Source: Anolis carolinensis (lineage: Eukaryota). Taken from it: DNA of 64,000 bases. The notes below the pieces were generated by a model that saw only the letters and a program-made list of their open reading frames with translations, was not told the origin of the DNA and made no database searches. How positions within the stretch are numbered: the stretch's first letter is position 1; each line of letters begins with the position of its first letter. The stretch is from assembly GCF_035594765.1 (NCBI RefSeq), contig NC_085841.1:368517252-368581251 (forward strand). The letters run 5' to 3'. This document shows positions 13,041 through 26,844 of this stretch, one piece after another. Both the position numbers and the translations under genes were made by a program.

Positions 13041-13903
13041 TGTTGTAGCCCAGCCTCCATCTGAGCTGTCAGGTGAGCCTGAGGTTGGCCCCATTCAGCC
13101 TGTGATTGTCCTGCACCTGCCTTGTCAGAGATGCAGCCAGAGTTCGTTCCCCCACTTGCCTTGCCAGAGGACTCTGGGTTTGGGCCTGAGATGCAGCCAG
13201 AGTTTGTCCCAGTGGATTCTGGGACCAGGGACAGAATGGTTGCAAGCAGGCAGTTTGAACCGCATTCCTCACAGCAGTCAAGGTCACAAAGGGGACTCGG
13301 TGATAATGAGCTACCTTCTCACGGTTTGGGACCTTGAATTTCCCATAAGAAGCCTTGCTTTCTCTGACACAGCCAGAGGTGGTAACGTTGCTAATTCAAG
13401 AAGGAAGATCTTTGCTTCGTATGTATTTCTGCAGCCTTGTATCTTGTTTGTCCCTGTGTTTCCAGTTGATTTTGCAGTTTGGATTTGTGTTCCAGCCAAG
13501 ACTTTTGCCTTGTGTTCCAGTCGAGACCCTTGTGTGATCCAGCTTGGACTCTGTACCTTGGGCTACCTTTGGAGTCTTGTTCCTGCATTCCAGTGTACTT
13601 TCCTGTGTTTCCAGTCTGATTCATGCCTTGGATTAATCCTTGAAACTCTTGTTTGGACTATTAGTGATATCTTTCATGGGACTTACTTTGAAATCCAGTT
13701 TGGACTATGTTCTTTGAGTGACTTTTATAGACTCTTGCTTCAGGATTATCAAGTACTTTGTTCCTGTGGATTCAAACCCATTTTATTGACTCTGAACTTT
13801 AATGTGCTTTTGCATGCATATAATCTTCAATGAACAGCTTGCTTGCCTACATCCTGGGGCTCCAGTGTGGTTTTGAGGTGCTTCGCGGCCTAGGGGTGCA
13901 ACA
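13041..13903 (+). mobile_element. Probable solo LTR (~860 bp)
   Basis: TGTTGTA...TGCAACA inverted termini. Flanks AAGAG/GAGAG (4/5 TSD). Internal short tandem duplication and a T-rich U5-like half. Confidence 0.6.
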
Positions 13904-16689
13904 GAGAGTAGGATCCATTTGGTTCCCATTCCTCAGTGGCAGAGGGACACCCCCCTCCCATGCGCGCACACAGAACAGGGGATGCCTGTCTGTATTTGTG
14001 CAAAGAGGGGAAGAAGGAGAGAAGTGTGGCCAATGTAATTTCACTCCTTTCCTCCCCGTTGAAGGGAGAGCGCCGCCGCCTTCGGAGACACTGCGTGTGG
14101 AGGCACGCAGGAGGAATATCTTGTAATGCAAATGGCCTCGGATGGAAAAGTCATGTTGCAAATGCATGTTGGAGATGCCCCGGCGGAGCGAGGCTGAAGC
14201 GCTCTCCTCTGCAAACATGAATGTTTTAGGCACTCCTCTTCCGCCGAGTGCTTCTCCAGGAAGCTTTTGGAGAATGGCAGGTTCTGAAATACAAAATATT
14301 TATGGATGTTCCTTCAAAGGAGAGGCAAAGAAGCGCTCTTCCTGCTCTGCCTGAGACGCTTAAGTGCGCCTGCATAACGAACCCGTGTCTCTGCTGGGCC
14401 CCATTTGCCCCAATTCCCACATTACGTGGGGGTCTTTTGGTGTCAAGGCTCAAGCAGACCTGCCTTCCGGAATCACAGCTTTTCCCCATCAATATTAAAA
14501 CAGTGCCGGAGGGATTCTGCTCATCACCGACCATGCGCACTTACGCAAGCCAGGGCTGAGATTACAGGCCCAGTTCTGCCTCAAGCAACAAAATGCCCCC
14601 CAACACAACACCACAACACACTCCCAATATCCTAGCATCATTTTCACAATGAAGGGGAGAAGGAGGATGTTCATTTGTGTGGGGAGGAAAGATGTTCAAG
14701 ATGCCACAAGGAGCTCACCCTGGCAAGGCCAGAGAGAAGGCTACAACCACAAACAGGAATCACAAGAACGGGGTCTGTGCAACCAATGGCTCCAGGTGCT
14801 TGACCCACTGAAGGGTCTGAAAGGCACTGACTGACTCCAGAAGGTTGTGTCCAGTTACTGGTTGCTGCCTCAGGTGTGCAAAACACTCCCCCCCCAGAAG
14901 CAGAGCTGGGTGTGTGGTGCTACAGAGCCTGCATCTGGACTACACCATGTGCAATGTAAAACATGTGGACTGCATGTTGTGCATTGCACATTGTGTATTT
15001 CGCATGCCAGGGACCATGGTGCATGTGCATTTGTGTTCTCATCCACTTGCACACCATCGCAGGTCACGCGTGAATATTCCAGAGCTCATGTTGAATAATA
15101 ACCCTGTGTCCAGTTCTGGGCAAAACAATTCAAGGAAGAGATGGGCAGGAGGGAAGGTGTCCAGAGAAGGGCCACACAAAATGGTCAAAGGTCTGGAAGT
15201 TACCCATACTTCATTGCATAATAGCTGCCATCACATAGTAGTCAGCCTTCTTTTTCCTTCTCTGGAGATTTTGAAGCAGAGGCTGGATGGGCATCTGTCA
15301 GGAGGGCTTGGATGATGTCTCTTCCCTGGGAAAAGGAGGTTGGACTGGATGGCCTTTGGGGGATCATTCCAACTCTGGGATTTATTCTTCTAGGGTTGTG
15401 CATGACCATTAGGCTGCACATGCAGTTTTACGCCATCACAGTTTGCTCATGAATTGGCTCTGGGTGATCCCTGTGTGGTTCTGTGGGTCTAAATGTCTGG
15501 CCCATCTCCTCCAGGTAGGATCTCAGGCAATAGGGCCACCTGGAAATCATCCCCAGTGCATCCATGGCCTGCTCGATGTACACAACCAATGGAGGTTGCT
15601 CTTTCTGTCAGAACAGAACTGCTCAAACCCAAATATGAACCAGAGCTTTGACTTCATGCCAGAAATTTTCCATGTACTTAAGACTGTTTGAAAGGGTCTT
15701 GAGAGAGAAAGAGGGGGCAAATTCCATCCAAGGGGACCGGGCAGGACCATTCATGAGTAGTGCTGCTTGCAGAGATGCACTTTGTATAAACGCAGCCCTA
15801 TGGAGGATTTTCACAGCATTCCTTTGTGTCCACTCCCAACTAAACGTTTTCCTCCTCCGTTTTAAATACTGGCCATGCACTGGGGAAAGGTGTGTGAGGG
15901 CTTTTTCACTTTTCACTCTGCTCTTGTCAATCCCTGAAGGTCCAGGTAATTTCCCAGGTCTCATCTTTGGCAGGCCTTGTGGCTCCTGCAGGCAGACGGC
16001 CATGTCCTCTCCTTTGGCAAACACTCCCCATGGTGACGATGGGCTCTCTCTCCACAGGTGGATGCATGGTGCTCAGAGGGAGGGAGGGAGGGGGGAGGGA
16101 GCTGGAGATGGGGCCTCTCAGGGGAGCACATGCCTGTCATCACACCCCTCCATTCGTCCATCCATCCACCTGCCAGCCTATCTGTCTGGAACAGCCATGA
16201 ACTCAAAAGGCGGCTGGGATGAAGACTGCAGGAGCAGACAGATGGTTCTTGTTTGTTGTCCAAGGCACAGTGTTGCATTTCAAGCTGAAAGTCTACGCTG
16301 CGTCTGCCGGTCGCAAAAACATGAGACCATGCGGATGCCTCAAAATGTGATCGAGAGCAGAATCCATTGGATTTCTCTCCATGCGTATGTGTTCCCTTTC
16401 AGATGTGGTTGGGCATTTCAGTAGCATGCACAATTTCCACACTAAGTTCAAGATTACCTGAGCAAAGGGTCCCACTGCAAATGTGTGTGTATTGTGCATG
16501 GATGAGCATTGCACAGGGGTGGGCATGGCACACATCACAGGGACCTGGTTGGATGAGGCCCTGGCTGTGGGGGGTTTCCCCCAGGTTTACCAATCAAGAA
16601 AAACCAAGGACAGCAGGAAGGTGGTGCTTCCCCAAGCAGTTGCCCAATCCGTCTCCCAAACACTGATGGACAGGACAGGACAGGACAGG

Positions 16690-17110
16690 ACAGGGGTGCT
16701 GTTGGTGTGCCTGCCACAGTCTCCTTTCCTGAGCCAACTCAGTGGTCTCGGGACTGCCATTAGAATCTCAGCTGCAACTCTATCATTCTCTGATATGGTG
16801 CTGGGCGACTCCAACATCCAGGCTGAGGACTTTATGGCCTCTATAGCGACCATGGGTCTGCTCCAAATGGTGCCCAGCCCTACTTATGCTTCTGGGCAGG
16901 CACACTTTGACCTTGTTTTCTGCGTAGGATGGGATGATCACGATGGTGGTGGAGAGGAACTTTCTAAAGCTCCGTTGTCATAGACCGGTCATTACCTGGT
17001 CAGGTTTAGATTCAAAACCTCCTCAGGGGTGGAGGCTTTTTAGCATGTCTCCCACAGAGACTTATGGATCAAGGTGGATTCCTGATGGCTGTTGAGGATC
17101 CTGTTGAAGC
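16690..17110 (+). mobile_element. L2 LINE endonuclease-domain relic
   Basis: VLGDSNIQAE-DFMASIATMGLLQMVPSPTYASGQAHFDLVF resembles the AP-endonuclease GDFN and PTH..G..LDL motifs. Confidence 0.7.
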
Positions 17111-18149
17111 CTATGTTGAGCTAGGCTTTGTGAAGAAGGTGTCTCCTGATACAAATCAGGCCAAGCCTAAAGATCTTGGCCTTCCCCGTGGCCCTTCGTG
17201 TGGTGGGTGGGGAGATGAGAGGCAGGGCCTTCTTGGAGACTCCGTTGGGCCCTTTCCTGCTCTTTTTTCCCCCCCTCGGGCCTTTGGCTGCCTACAAGCC
17301 ACCAAAGAAGTTCTTTGAAACTGGCCATTTTTGCAATCTCCAGGTTACAAACAACATACGTAAGAACAAGGGCCAGACAACAGGAAGGGAGAGGAATCTT
17401 CCCCTCAGAAGAAAGGGAAATTCAGTCCTGGAAGAGTTATTATCGGGGGGAAAGGGTGTCTCCACTGAAGCTTTCCCTCCAAACCTTGTTTCCACAACAA
17501 GCCCAGTTTCCCAAAATCCACTTATCACAAGGCAGACAGTGAGGTCAAGTCTCCTGAAGACAGGCAGAGGCCACACGGATGCTCACCATTGCCGATGCCA
17601 TCCAAACCTAAATGATAGATAGATAGATGGCTGGAGTTACACTTAATGTCCCTGTTCCGACTTAGAAACAAATCCAACTGAAGACCAAACCTACAGAACC
17701 TCTCTTGTTCATAACTTGGGGACTGACGGTGTTCCTTTATTTTAATTGCCTCTTAAATCCATTTCAAATTAATGTTTTAAAAATGAGTGTATGGTTATTT
17801 CCTAAAAAAAAAAAACCTTTTGGCTTACTTAAAAATCTATTTATTTTCCCCTTTGATCACCAGCCGTCTTGGCTCTCATTTTGGGAGAAAAGCGGGAAGC
17901 ATCCAAGAGAGAGCTATCTGTATAGCGTTGTCCTCTGAGGCCATCAAAACGCAGGATAGAAATCAAATGTAAAACTAGAAATGAATTGGAAGCCTGATGT
18001 TATGTCGCTCCTGGGCACCATTTGGGCTGGTTGTTGTTGTTTTGTAGGCTTTGTGTGGAGGGGGATGTAAACAGGCACATTTGCGAGCGGGCTGGTTTGC
18101 ATGTGGGGCTGCCTGGGAGCTCAGAGGAGTCTCAAACATGGGCAGGATT

Positions 18150-18425
18150 GTGTTGTCGAAGGCTTTCACAGCTGGAATTACTGGGATGCTGTGTTTTCCA
18201 GGCTGTCTGGCCATGTTCCAGAAGCATTCTCTCCTGAAATTTCACCCACATCTATGGCAGGCGTCCTCAGAGGTTGTGAGGTATATTGGAAAAAACTAAG
18301 CAAGGAAGGTTTATATATCTGTGGAAGGTCCAGGGTGGGGGAAAGAACTCTTGTCATTGAAATCCACAGAAATCCACAAGGAGCATGTGGACAATTTCAA
18401 CAGAAAGGAGGAAAGCATGAAAATC
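18150..18425. mobile_element. Penelope inverted terminal repeat plus a GIY-YIG C-terminal scrap
   Basis: Minus-strand repeat with a degenerate hammerhead at ~18230-18275, then plus-strand EIHKEHVDNFNRKEESMK. Confidence 0.75.
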
Positions 18426-21400
18426 TTTGCACCCCTCAGCCATCATTCAGGCATCTTCCAGGCCACTGTCCCAACCCAGAGCTGTCCACAGGGAGACCAG
18501 CACATCCGTGGTCATTTGCGAGCCCATTTCTCAGCCATGCGCTGCCAAAATGAACTTGAAGCAGTCTCTTGAGGCGTCACATCAGCTGGCATGCATGCGC
18601 TGCCCTGGAGAGCAAAACCACGCCAGGCCCCTTCCCATAACAGACTCATTGTGGCAGCATTGAATGGACCACCAAGGCTCCTTAATGGCCCAGGGCAGAG
18701 CCAGGGACACAAATGACACACAACAAGGCACATGCTGGTATTTAAGTGGGACGCCAAGCAACGACATGGAAGGAGGATGGGACTCTCACTCCAGCGGCTC
18801 TTTATACTTTCCCGTGTGAGCCAGAGTTCAAGAGGCAGGAAAAGGGAGAAGGAAATGAAGAGGAACGAGCAGCGCAAGGGCCGGCTAAGCTCCTCTTGAG
18901 GTGCAATAATGAAGCCTGCGATGGCTGAAGGAGATACGGAAGCTAATAACGAGAGCGAATATTAAAAGATCCGAAAAAGGAAGCCCAGCACGGCCTGGCT
19001 GTGTCCCTATTAGATGCCCCTGATAGAAGCAGCCTTCTGAAGGAATAATTCAGGGAGCTGCAGGGAAGCCGGTGGAGGCAGGGAACGTTGAAAGGGCCCT
19101 GCGCTTGAAGCCGCCGCTCTGCAGAACCCGGCTCCAGCAAAGGGACAACGGGACAGCGTTACGGAAAGGACAAATCAAGAAATAATGAGCCAAGGAGGCC
19201 AGAGGGCACTTCTCATCTCTTGAGCCCGTTTGCAGGCAAAAATGTGAGCTACGGCTCATCCAGTTCCTCTCAAATATGCAGCTCAGCCTCGTATCCAGTC
19301 TCATTCAGCTGCAAGATGGAGGAAGGCTGAGGAGGCCCCGAACCAAGGAGACCCACAACCACCAGCTCAGGTCCCTCCTGGGCAACAGCCTCCACGGGGC
19401 TTTGCAGAACATCTGGGCACAACCAGGATGGGAGGACGGGGGCTCCTTGGCCAGAGAGGAGGCTCGGACAAGGAGAGGAGCAGCAGACCCCTTGAGATTC
19501 CATAGATTTGCAGGACACCCTCTTCCACCTGCCAGACCCACAGAAGCAGAGTCAACCTGCGCAGCCCAGGGCCAACGGGGCCAGGAAGGGCAAGCTGGCA
19601 GCAGAGTCCACCTGGCCGTCCACCAATCTCAGATTCTCTTCTCATGTAGCTTCAGTCTATGGGCTCTAGAGCAGCAGAAGACAAAATGGCTCTCATGGAT
19701 ACGCCTGCTGTTGTTGGAACATCAGAGCTTCCCCGTGCCAGTTTTGAGGCCAGAGAGAGGAAGACGTATACATTTGGACACCTGCAAGTGTAGCATGAGA
19801 ACAGACTGATAAGAAAGGACTTGGCCTGTGAAAGGAATGAGAGTGAGAACTGATTCAAACTGGCAAACAACTCTAGCGAACTCAAAAAGAGAGGGTTCAA
19901 AAGGTAGAAAAAGAAGGGTTTCCACAAGCGTTCTTTGTTAGCAATTTTGCTGAGCTGTAGCAACCAGGCATGAAAGCTGTTATTCCCAGGAATCATTGTG
20001 AGAGACTTCAGCTGCCAGAGGGGTTCTGCAGACCCTCACCATGGCTCCACCTTCTGCCAGGCATCCTTTCAGGTATATAGGGACGGCTCCATCATGTCTC
20101 TCAACCTCCTCCTCTCCAGACAGAGTGGGCCTATCTGCCTAAGCCGCTTGCTGGGGTCAGACCTTTTGCTGTCTTCCTTGACCTTGCCTGGGCTCCTTCC
20201 AGAGGCGAATGCTCACTGGGGTTGGCCTTGAGTTGTGCCATGCCTCCACGCAGTCACAAGGCTGTGCCGCACAACTACCCCAAGGGTGTGACACTGTGCG
20301 GTCGTCTCCAGAGCGCAGGAGCCTGGCTGGTGGGTGGGTGGCCCTTCTCTATTTCGGGCTGGGCTGGGAGTCTATTTTGGGCAGGAGCCTCCTGAGCCGC
20401 CTTCCCAGTGTTGTTCCTTCAGCACAGAAGGCTGCCTGCCCACCACACGCCCACAAATGGACCGCTGAAACGAGGGAAAGAACTATCCTCATGTCCTTCG
20501 CTGCTACAGCTTCTGCCACCAAAGTATCATTGCACAGGAAGCCCTCTCCTGGGGTCACGTACGTCCTCCTGCCCTGAGCCAATGGCTAGCCTGGCCATCG
20601 CTCTCTAAGCAGCAGCCCAAGCCCCTCAGCCTTGCCTTGGACGTCCACGGGCTGCTTTCAGCTGGGTTTCATAGAATCATAGAGTTAGAAGAGACCACAT
20701 GGGCCATCTAATCCACTCCCATTCTGCCAGACAGGAAGAAACAATCAAAGCACTCCCAACAGATAGCCATTTGGCCTCTGTTTAAAGGTTCTCATAGACA
20801 GAGGTTTCACTGCCTCAGGTCAACCCTTCCTCACCTTGAGGTGACATCTCCCTTCTTGAACAGCGAGGGGATTCCCACAGACAGGCCTTGCGCACTCTCT
20901 CTTTCTTCCTAGAGACCTTGAGTGGGGCCAATCAGCACGGGATGTGGGAGGCGCTCTTGAGCTTCTGGCCCTTGGTCCAATGCAGGACTGTTTTCCAGAT
21001 ATGGGCCCAGGTCTCAGAGACTCCACTGACTCCATGCCTCACAAACCTCTGCAGCCCAGGCTCCTCAGGGGCACAACCCTGGGGCCCAGTTTGGCCCCTG
21101 CAGGCTGTATGGGTATTGCCATGGGGGGGGGGGGGGGGTGGAGTCTGAGAAAGAAGAAGCATGCTTGACACCCCCCCACCCCCATCACCACCCATTTTGT
21201 CTGGAGAGACTTTGCTGCAAAGCAAATGTCTGCCCTTCGCAAGGCTTCCTTGGGAGACAGGCGTCCTTGTTGTCAAGACGATGGTGATGCTCCGAACGAG
21301 GTGCCATCTCCACTTTAGAGAAGGAGCAAGAAATGGGAACATCGGTGGCACAGCAGGGCCTCCCATCACGGCAGGTGGGGAGGAGGAGGAGGAGATGAAA

Positions 21401-21669
21401 GGGAAAGGCAGGGAGAGGAGGGTGGCAAGAAGGGACAGGGAGTCAGGAGGGACCAGAAGGGCCAGAGAAGGGGGCCCTGCAAAGGCCCAGTGCATGGATC
21501 TGACTTCTGTGGGGTGCTATGATCCTATGATGACCCCACAGGGAAATCAGGGCCACCATGCGACCATAGAGTCCTAGATTTGGGAGGGACCTCTAAAAGC
21601 CATCTAGTCCAACCCATTTCTGCCTGGGGAGGGGGCTGCCATACCCCTTCGCTCCCCAAGAACATTATC

Positions 21670-21815
21670 CCTGTCATTAGTATCTTTGCACAAACCCTGT
21701 CGGTGCTGAAGCCAAACCAAACGGCAGCATTCTGCATTGAAAATGTTTCTTCTGATATGGAAAACAAGATCTTCCTCTCTGCACAGGTAGATCTCTCTCC
21801 TTGGGATCAATGAGG
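21670..21815 (-). mobile_element. DIRS-like (tyrosine-recombinase retrotransposon) RT relic
   Basis: Across frames: ASLIPRREIYL...FPYQKKHFQCRMLPFGLASAP-RVCAKIL, resembling the DIRS RT ASIDL.EAY...HYQYRALPFGL.SAPRVFTK region. Confidence 0.6.
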
Positions 21816-23269
21816 CCTCTCCTTGGCTGGAGGCCCACCTTGGTGGCACCAGAGGGTTGGACTGGATGGCCTTTGGGTGCCCCTTCCTGTTCCCTTTGAG
21901 GCCCACCCAGCCCCCCTGGCCTCCATGGGTCAAGAGGCACACAGTTCCAGAGGTCATCCCAGTCCAAAAGGCAGGGGGTTACTGAAATCCAGTGCACTTC
22001 CGAACATGGCTGGAAACTTCGGACTGCAATCCAGAACAGGCAGATCCAAGATGCTGCCGCCAGCCTCCTGGCAAGACCCGCAAAAGGCATTTGGGGCTGA
22101 GACAATATCCTCTCTCCCTGAAAAAGAGGAACAAGCGTGGTCCATTGGTGTGTGCATTGACTAGACTGGCGTCCCTCTTCTGCCAAAAAGAAAGAAAAGG
22201 AGAGAAAAATGGGACTCTGGAATAAAATCCTGCCAAAGCAGAGCACTAAAAACCAGGCTAGAGCCCAATTAAAAGCTCATCAGAGACAAATAAATGGGGA
22301 TCCAACTGGTTAAGCGGCAACGATCCAGCTGGGATCCAAACCACCTGCCGCACCTCCCTCTGGTTTCACTGGGAGCCCCTGAGCACAACAAAGGCCAGAA
22401 GAGGAGGAGCCCTTTGCGACCTGGGAAGCGAGTGCAAGTCACACCGTGCTGAGGGGAGAGCTGCCATACGGCACAAGGCAAGCGTGCCTCAAGGGCTGGC
22501 CACGGCAATGGGCACCACGGAAGACTGGCCCTCCTGGACCCATCAGAAGGGGTCAGATGGCAAGACTTCCCGCTCAGCCAAGGAAACCCACCCGGGGGTG
22601 GAAGGCAGACCCCTCTCTCAGCCTCAGAGCAAGCCAGCCATGTCAGAATAACACAATCCCCAAGGAAAGCATGCTTTTTTGGAGTCAGAGTGGAGTTCTG
22701 TTTGGAGTGTTGGACTAAAAGTCGTGGCGCTGATGCTGGATTCGGACCCTGGGAGATTTCGGATCTCTGCCCAAACATGCAAGCCCATGGGTTGATTTTG
22801 AGAGAGTCACGCTCTCTCAAACTTTGAAAGCTACTGCTCAGGCCATTGGTGGTTTTGTTCAATGGTGTTATGTACTGTGTTATGTTGTGTGTTGTATTAT
22901 ATTGTTCTATTATGTTGTTTTATGAATTTTAGTATGTTATATTTTAACTATTTGGGCCTGTTTCCATGTAAGCCGCCCTGAGTCCCTTCAGGGAGATGGA
23001 GGCGGGATACAAAAATAAAGGGATTATTATTATTATTATTATTGTTATTATTATTATTCGAAAGCAGCAATGGCAAGCCTCCTCTGAAGATAACTTGCCA
23101 AGAAAAGTCCAAGTCCGCCCTTCATTGTAGGCATATAGAATCACAGGGTTGGAAGTGTTCCCTGTCCACTATCCATGCAGACCCCATTCTGCCAGGCAGG
23201 AACACACAATCTGACCTCTCCCAACAGATGGATGGACATCCGGTCTCTGCTTAAAAACCAAGGAAGAAG

Positions 23270-23905
23270 AGGTGTTGTCAAAGGCTTTCATGGCTGGAAT
23301 CACTGGGTTGCTGTGATTTTTCCATGCTGTCCAGACGCATTCTCTCCTGATGTTTCGCCCACATGTATGGCAGGCATCCTCACAGGCTGTGAGGTCTGTT
23401 GGAAACTAGGCCAGCGTTCTTACCATACATCTGGGAACCACTGAACGCAGAGGGAAACTAGTGAAGAAACACAAGCTAGAAAACATCTCCAGACCCACTA
23501 AGAAAATCCAACAAATGCTACGCTCATCAAAGGACAAGACTGCAGGAGTCTACTGCATACCATGCAGCTGTGGACAAGTCTACACTGGGACCACCTAACA
23601 CCACAGTATTGCCCAGGCACGAATCAAGGAACACGAAAGGCACCGCAGACTAAGCCAAGTAGAGAAGTCAGTCATCGCAAAGCCCTTGATGAACCAACCT
23701 GGACGCAGCAGATTATCTGAGAACACAAAAATGCTGGATCACTCTCACAACCACCACGTCAGGCTACACAGAGAAGCCATTGAAATCCACAAGAAGCACG
23801 TGGGCAATGACAACAGAAAGGAGGAAACCATGAAAATGAACACAATCTGGTGATTATGCTTCTGGAACATGGCCAGACAGGCTGGAAAACTCACAGCAAC
23901 CCAAG
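23270..23905 (+). mobile_element. 5'-truncated Penelope-like element: inverted terminal repeat followed by GIY-YIG endonuclease relic
   Basis: From ~23419: LPYI..TTER..KL.KKH...RPTKKIQQMLRS.KDK..AGVYCIPCSCGQVYTGTT...RIKEHERH...REAIEIHK...NRKEETMKMNTIW, with frameshifts. Confidence 0.85.
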
Positions 23906-24192
23906 TCAGAGTCTCAGGCCGAAGCATACTTGGCTCTTGTCAAGGAAGTCTTTCCTCATACTGATATGAAATCTCTTTTCTTGCCATTTGAATCCATGAC
24001 TCCATGATGCCCAAGTCTCTGGATCAGCAGAATCCAACCCCGCCTGCTTCTTAAAGTGACCTCCTTTCCAGAATCTAAGCCTGGCTCTTGCGTCCCCTTC
24101 TCGCTGCCTCCTCTTCTCCATAAAAAGACGTCTATAAAGGACCGGGACCACATGCAATTAGTTTTGAGTAATATATTCAAGGACTTCCAATG

Positions 24193-24356
24193 GTTTTGGA
24201 CTGCAACTCCCACCATTCCTAACAGCCTCAGGCCCCTTCCTTTTCCCCCTCAGCCGCTTAAGCGGCTGAGGGGGAAAAGGAAGGGGCCTGAGGCTGTTAG
24301 GAATGGTGGGAGTTGCAGTCCAAAACAACTGGAGTGCCCAAGTTTGCCCATGCCTG
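24193..24356. mobile_element. Palindromic hAT MITE (left TIR lost) with a perfect ~134-bp palindrome
   Basis: Arms are identical around GCCGCTTAAGCGGC. Right end GTTTGCCCATGCCTG. Confidence 0.85.
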
Positions 24357-24788
24357 CATTAGGACCAATTCGTAAGGCAAGGGCTTCCGGAAAGGAAGAC
24401 ACATACACACTTGCACGCTTGTGTGCTCGCACTTGCACACCTGCCACCGTTGACACTGCCTGCAAGCGCTCCCAGCTGCTGCCTCTGCCGAAGGAACTCC
24501 TCCCGGAGGAATCCCGACATCTGGTTTGCATCTCCACGGGACGCTTCCCTCCATTATTTTATGCATGAGCACATTTATTATTCCATCCTCTCCCAAGGTT
24601 TCCAGGGGCAAATTAGGAAATTAAGAGCAATTGACAAGCAATTTGGGAAACAAAACAGTAGTGGGAAGCATTGGCACAAACATATGGTGGCGGAGAGGTA
24701 AAAGCAGGCGCGAAGCCAAGGGGCAAACTTTGCTACTATGAGGAGGAGGGTGGCTATCTGCTGGGAATAGCAGCCCTCCATGGCCTTC

Positions 24789-24829
<41 letters not shown>

Positions 24830-24831
<2 letters not shown>

Positions 24832-24927
24832 ACAACGACATTGTATAACACAGCAAACAAGATAGGTACACTGGATTTCGTATCACAAAATCACAAGTCG
24901 AACACTTCCCAAGTGTCTAGGACTGTG
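24830..24927 (-). mobile_element. R4/Dong LINE, 98-bp 3' stub between (TAA)n tracts
   Basis: Near-identical to the 3' end of the adjacent copy (cacaagtcgaacacttcccaagtgtctaggactgtg). Confidence 0.85.
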
Positions 24928-24981
<54 letters not shown>

Positions 24982-26786
24982 TTATTGTGACACAGCAAAC
25001 AAGATAGATATGCTGGATTTCGTTTCACAAAATCACAAGTCGAACACTTCCCAAGTGTCTAGGACTGTGTGATGTATTTTCGGATGATGCGAGCAGATCC
25101 CAGTAGGGTGGCCTTTTGCAGCTGGCAGATCGTAATTTTGTCAATGTCTATTGTTTCCAAATGCCGGCTGAGATCTTTTGGCACGGCACCCAATGTGCCG
25201 ATCACCACCAGGACCACCTGTACTGGTTTCTGCCAGAGTCTTTGAAGTTCAATCTTGAGGTCCTGAGAGCGGCTGAGTTTTTCCTGTTGTTTTTCGTCAA
25301 TGCGACTGTCACCTGGGATGGCGACATCAATTATCCAAACCTTTTTCTTTTCCACAACTGTGATGTCTGGTGTGTTGTGTTCCAGAACTTTGTCAGTCTG
25401 GATTTGGAAGTCCCACAGTATCTTTGCGTGCTCATTTTCCAATACTTTTGCATGTTTGTGATCCCACCAGTTCTTTGCTGCTGGGAGGTGGTACTTGAGG
25501 CATAAGTTCCAATGAATCATTTGGGCCACATAGTTGTGCCTCTGTTTGTAGTCTGTCTGTGCGATTTTCTTACAGCAGCTGAGGATATGATCAATGGTTT
25601 CATCAGCTTCCTTGCACAGTCTGCATTTTAGGTCAACAGTTGATTTTTCGATCTTGGCCTTAATTGCATTTGTTCTGATGGCTTGCTCCTGGGCTGCAAG
25701 GATCAGGCCTTCTGTCTCCTTCTTCAGTGTCCCATTTGTGAGCCATAGCCAGGTCTTCTCTGTATCAGCTTTTCCTTCAATTTTGTCAAGGAACTTTCCA
25801 TGCAATGTTTTGTAGTGCGGTTTTCTTGTACTGGTTTTTTGTCTGCTGTGTTTTGAGGAGTTTCTGTTTTTTGACTTCAATCAAAGCAGGTTCTTCACTT
25901 TACTTTACATATTCTGCCAGGGCATGTTCTTCTTCTTTGACTGCTTGTTTTACTTGCAAGAGTCCTCTGCCCCCTGATCTTCTAGGCAGATATAGCCGGT
26001 CAACATCTCTGCGAGGGTGCAGTGAATGATGAATGGTCATGAGTTTTCTTGTATTTCTGTCCAAATTGTCCAGTTCCGCCTGTGTCCAATTTATAATGCC
26101 AGCAGTATATCTTATGACAGGTATGGCCCAGGTGTTTATGGCCTTGATGGTGTTGCCTCCATTGAGCTTGCTTTTGAGAATTTTTCTGACCCTTTGTGTG
26201 TTTTCTTTGCTAACCACAGTTTTCACATGTTCATGCTTGATGTTGTCCAGCTGTAATATGCCCAGATATTTATAGGCCTCTGGCTGGTGACACTTTATTG
26301 TTTGGTCATTGGGCATATTTATGCCCTCACTTTCAATTATTTTTCCCTTCTTCAATGCCACTGTCGAACATTTGTCCAAACCAAACTCCATGTTGATATC
26401 AGTGCTAAAATTTCGGACAGTGTTGGTCAGAGACTGGATTTCAGTTTGCGTTTTCCCATATAGCTTCAGGTCATCCATGTACATCAAATGTGAAATTTTG
26501 TGAGAATTCTTAGATGTGTGGTAGCCGAGATTTGTTTTTTGTAAGATTGTTGACAGAGGGATCATGGCAATAATGAAAAGCAGAGGGGACAATGAATCTC
26601 CCTGGAAAATTCCTCTTCTGATGTTGACAAGTCCATAGCTTTCATTTCCAACAAACAGTTCAGTTTTCCAGTGCTCCATCATGTTTTCAATGAAGGTGCC
26701 AACGTTTTTACTAATCCGATGGCGTCCAGACACTTGATGATCCAGCTGTGTGGGAGTGAGTCAAAGGCCTTTTTGTAGTCAATCCA

Positions 26787-26787
<1 letters not shown>
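24982..26787 (-). mobile_element. R4/Dong-clade non-LTR retrotransposon, 5'-truncated (RT, CCHC knuckle, restriction-like endonuclease), disabled
   Basis: WIDYKKAFDSLPH, GIFQGDSLSP, YMDDLKLY, CRLC...ETIDHILSCC, RHN, PDITVV...IIDVAIP. Broken by frameshifts and a stop at 25900. Flanked by (TAA)n on both sides. Confidence 0.93.

Positions 26788-26844
<57 letters not shown>

Noticed and set aside
12913-13833. 306-aa ORF
   Set aside because: It lies mostly in a probable solo LTR, and its composition reflects T-rich DNA with no recognisable domain.
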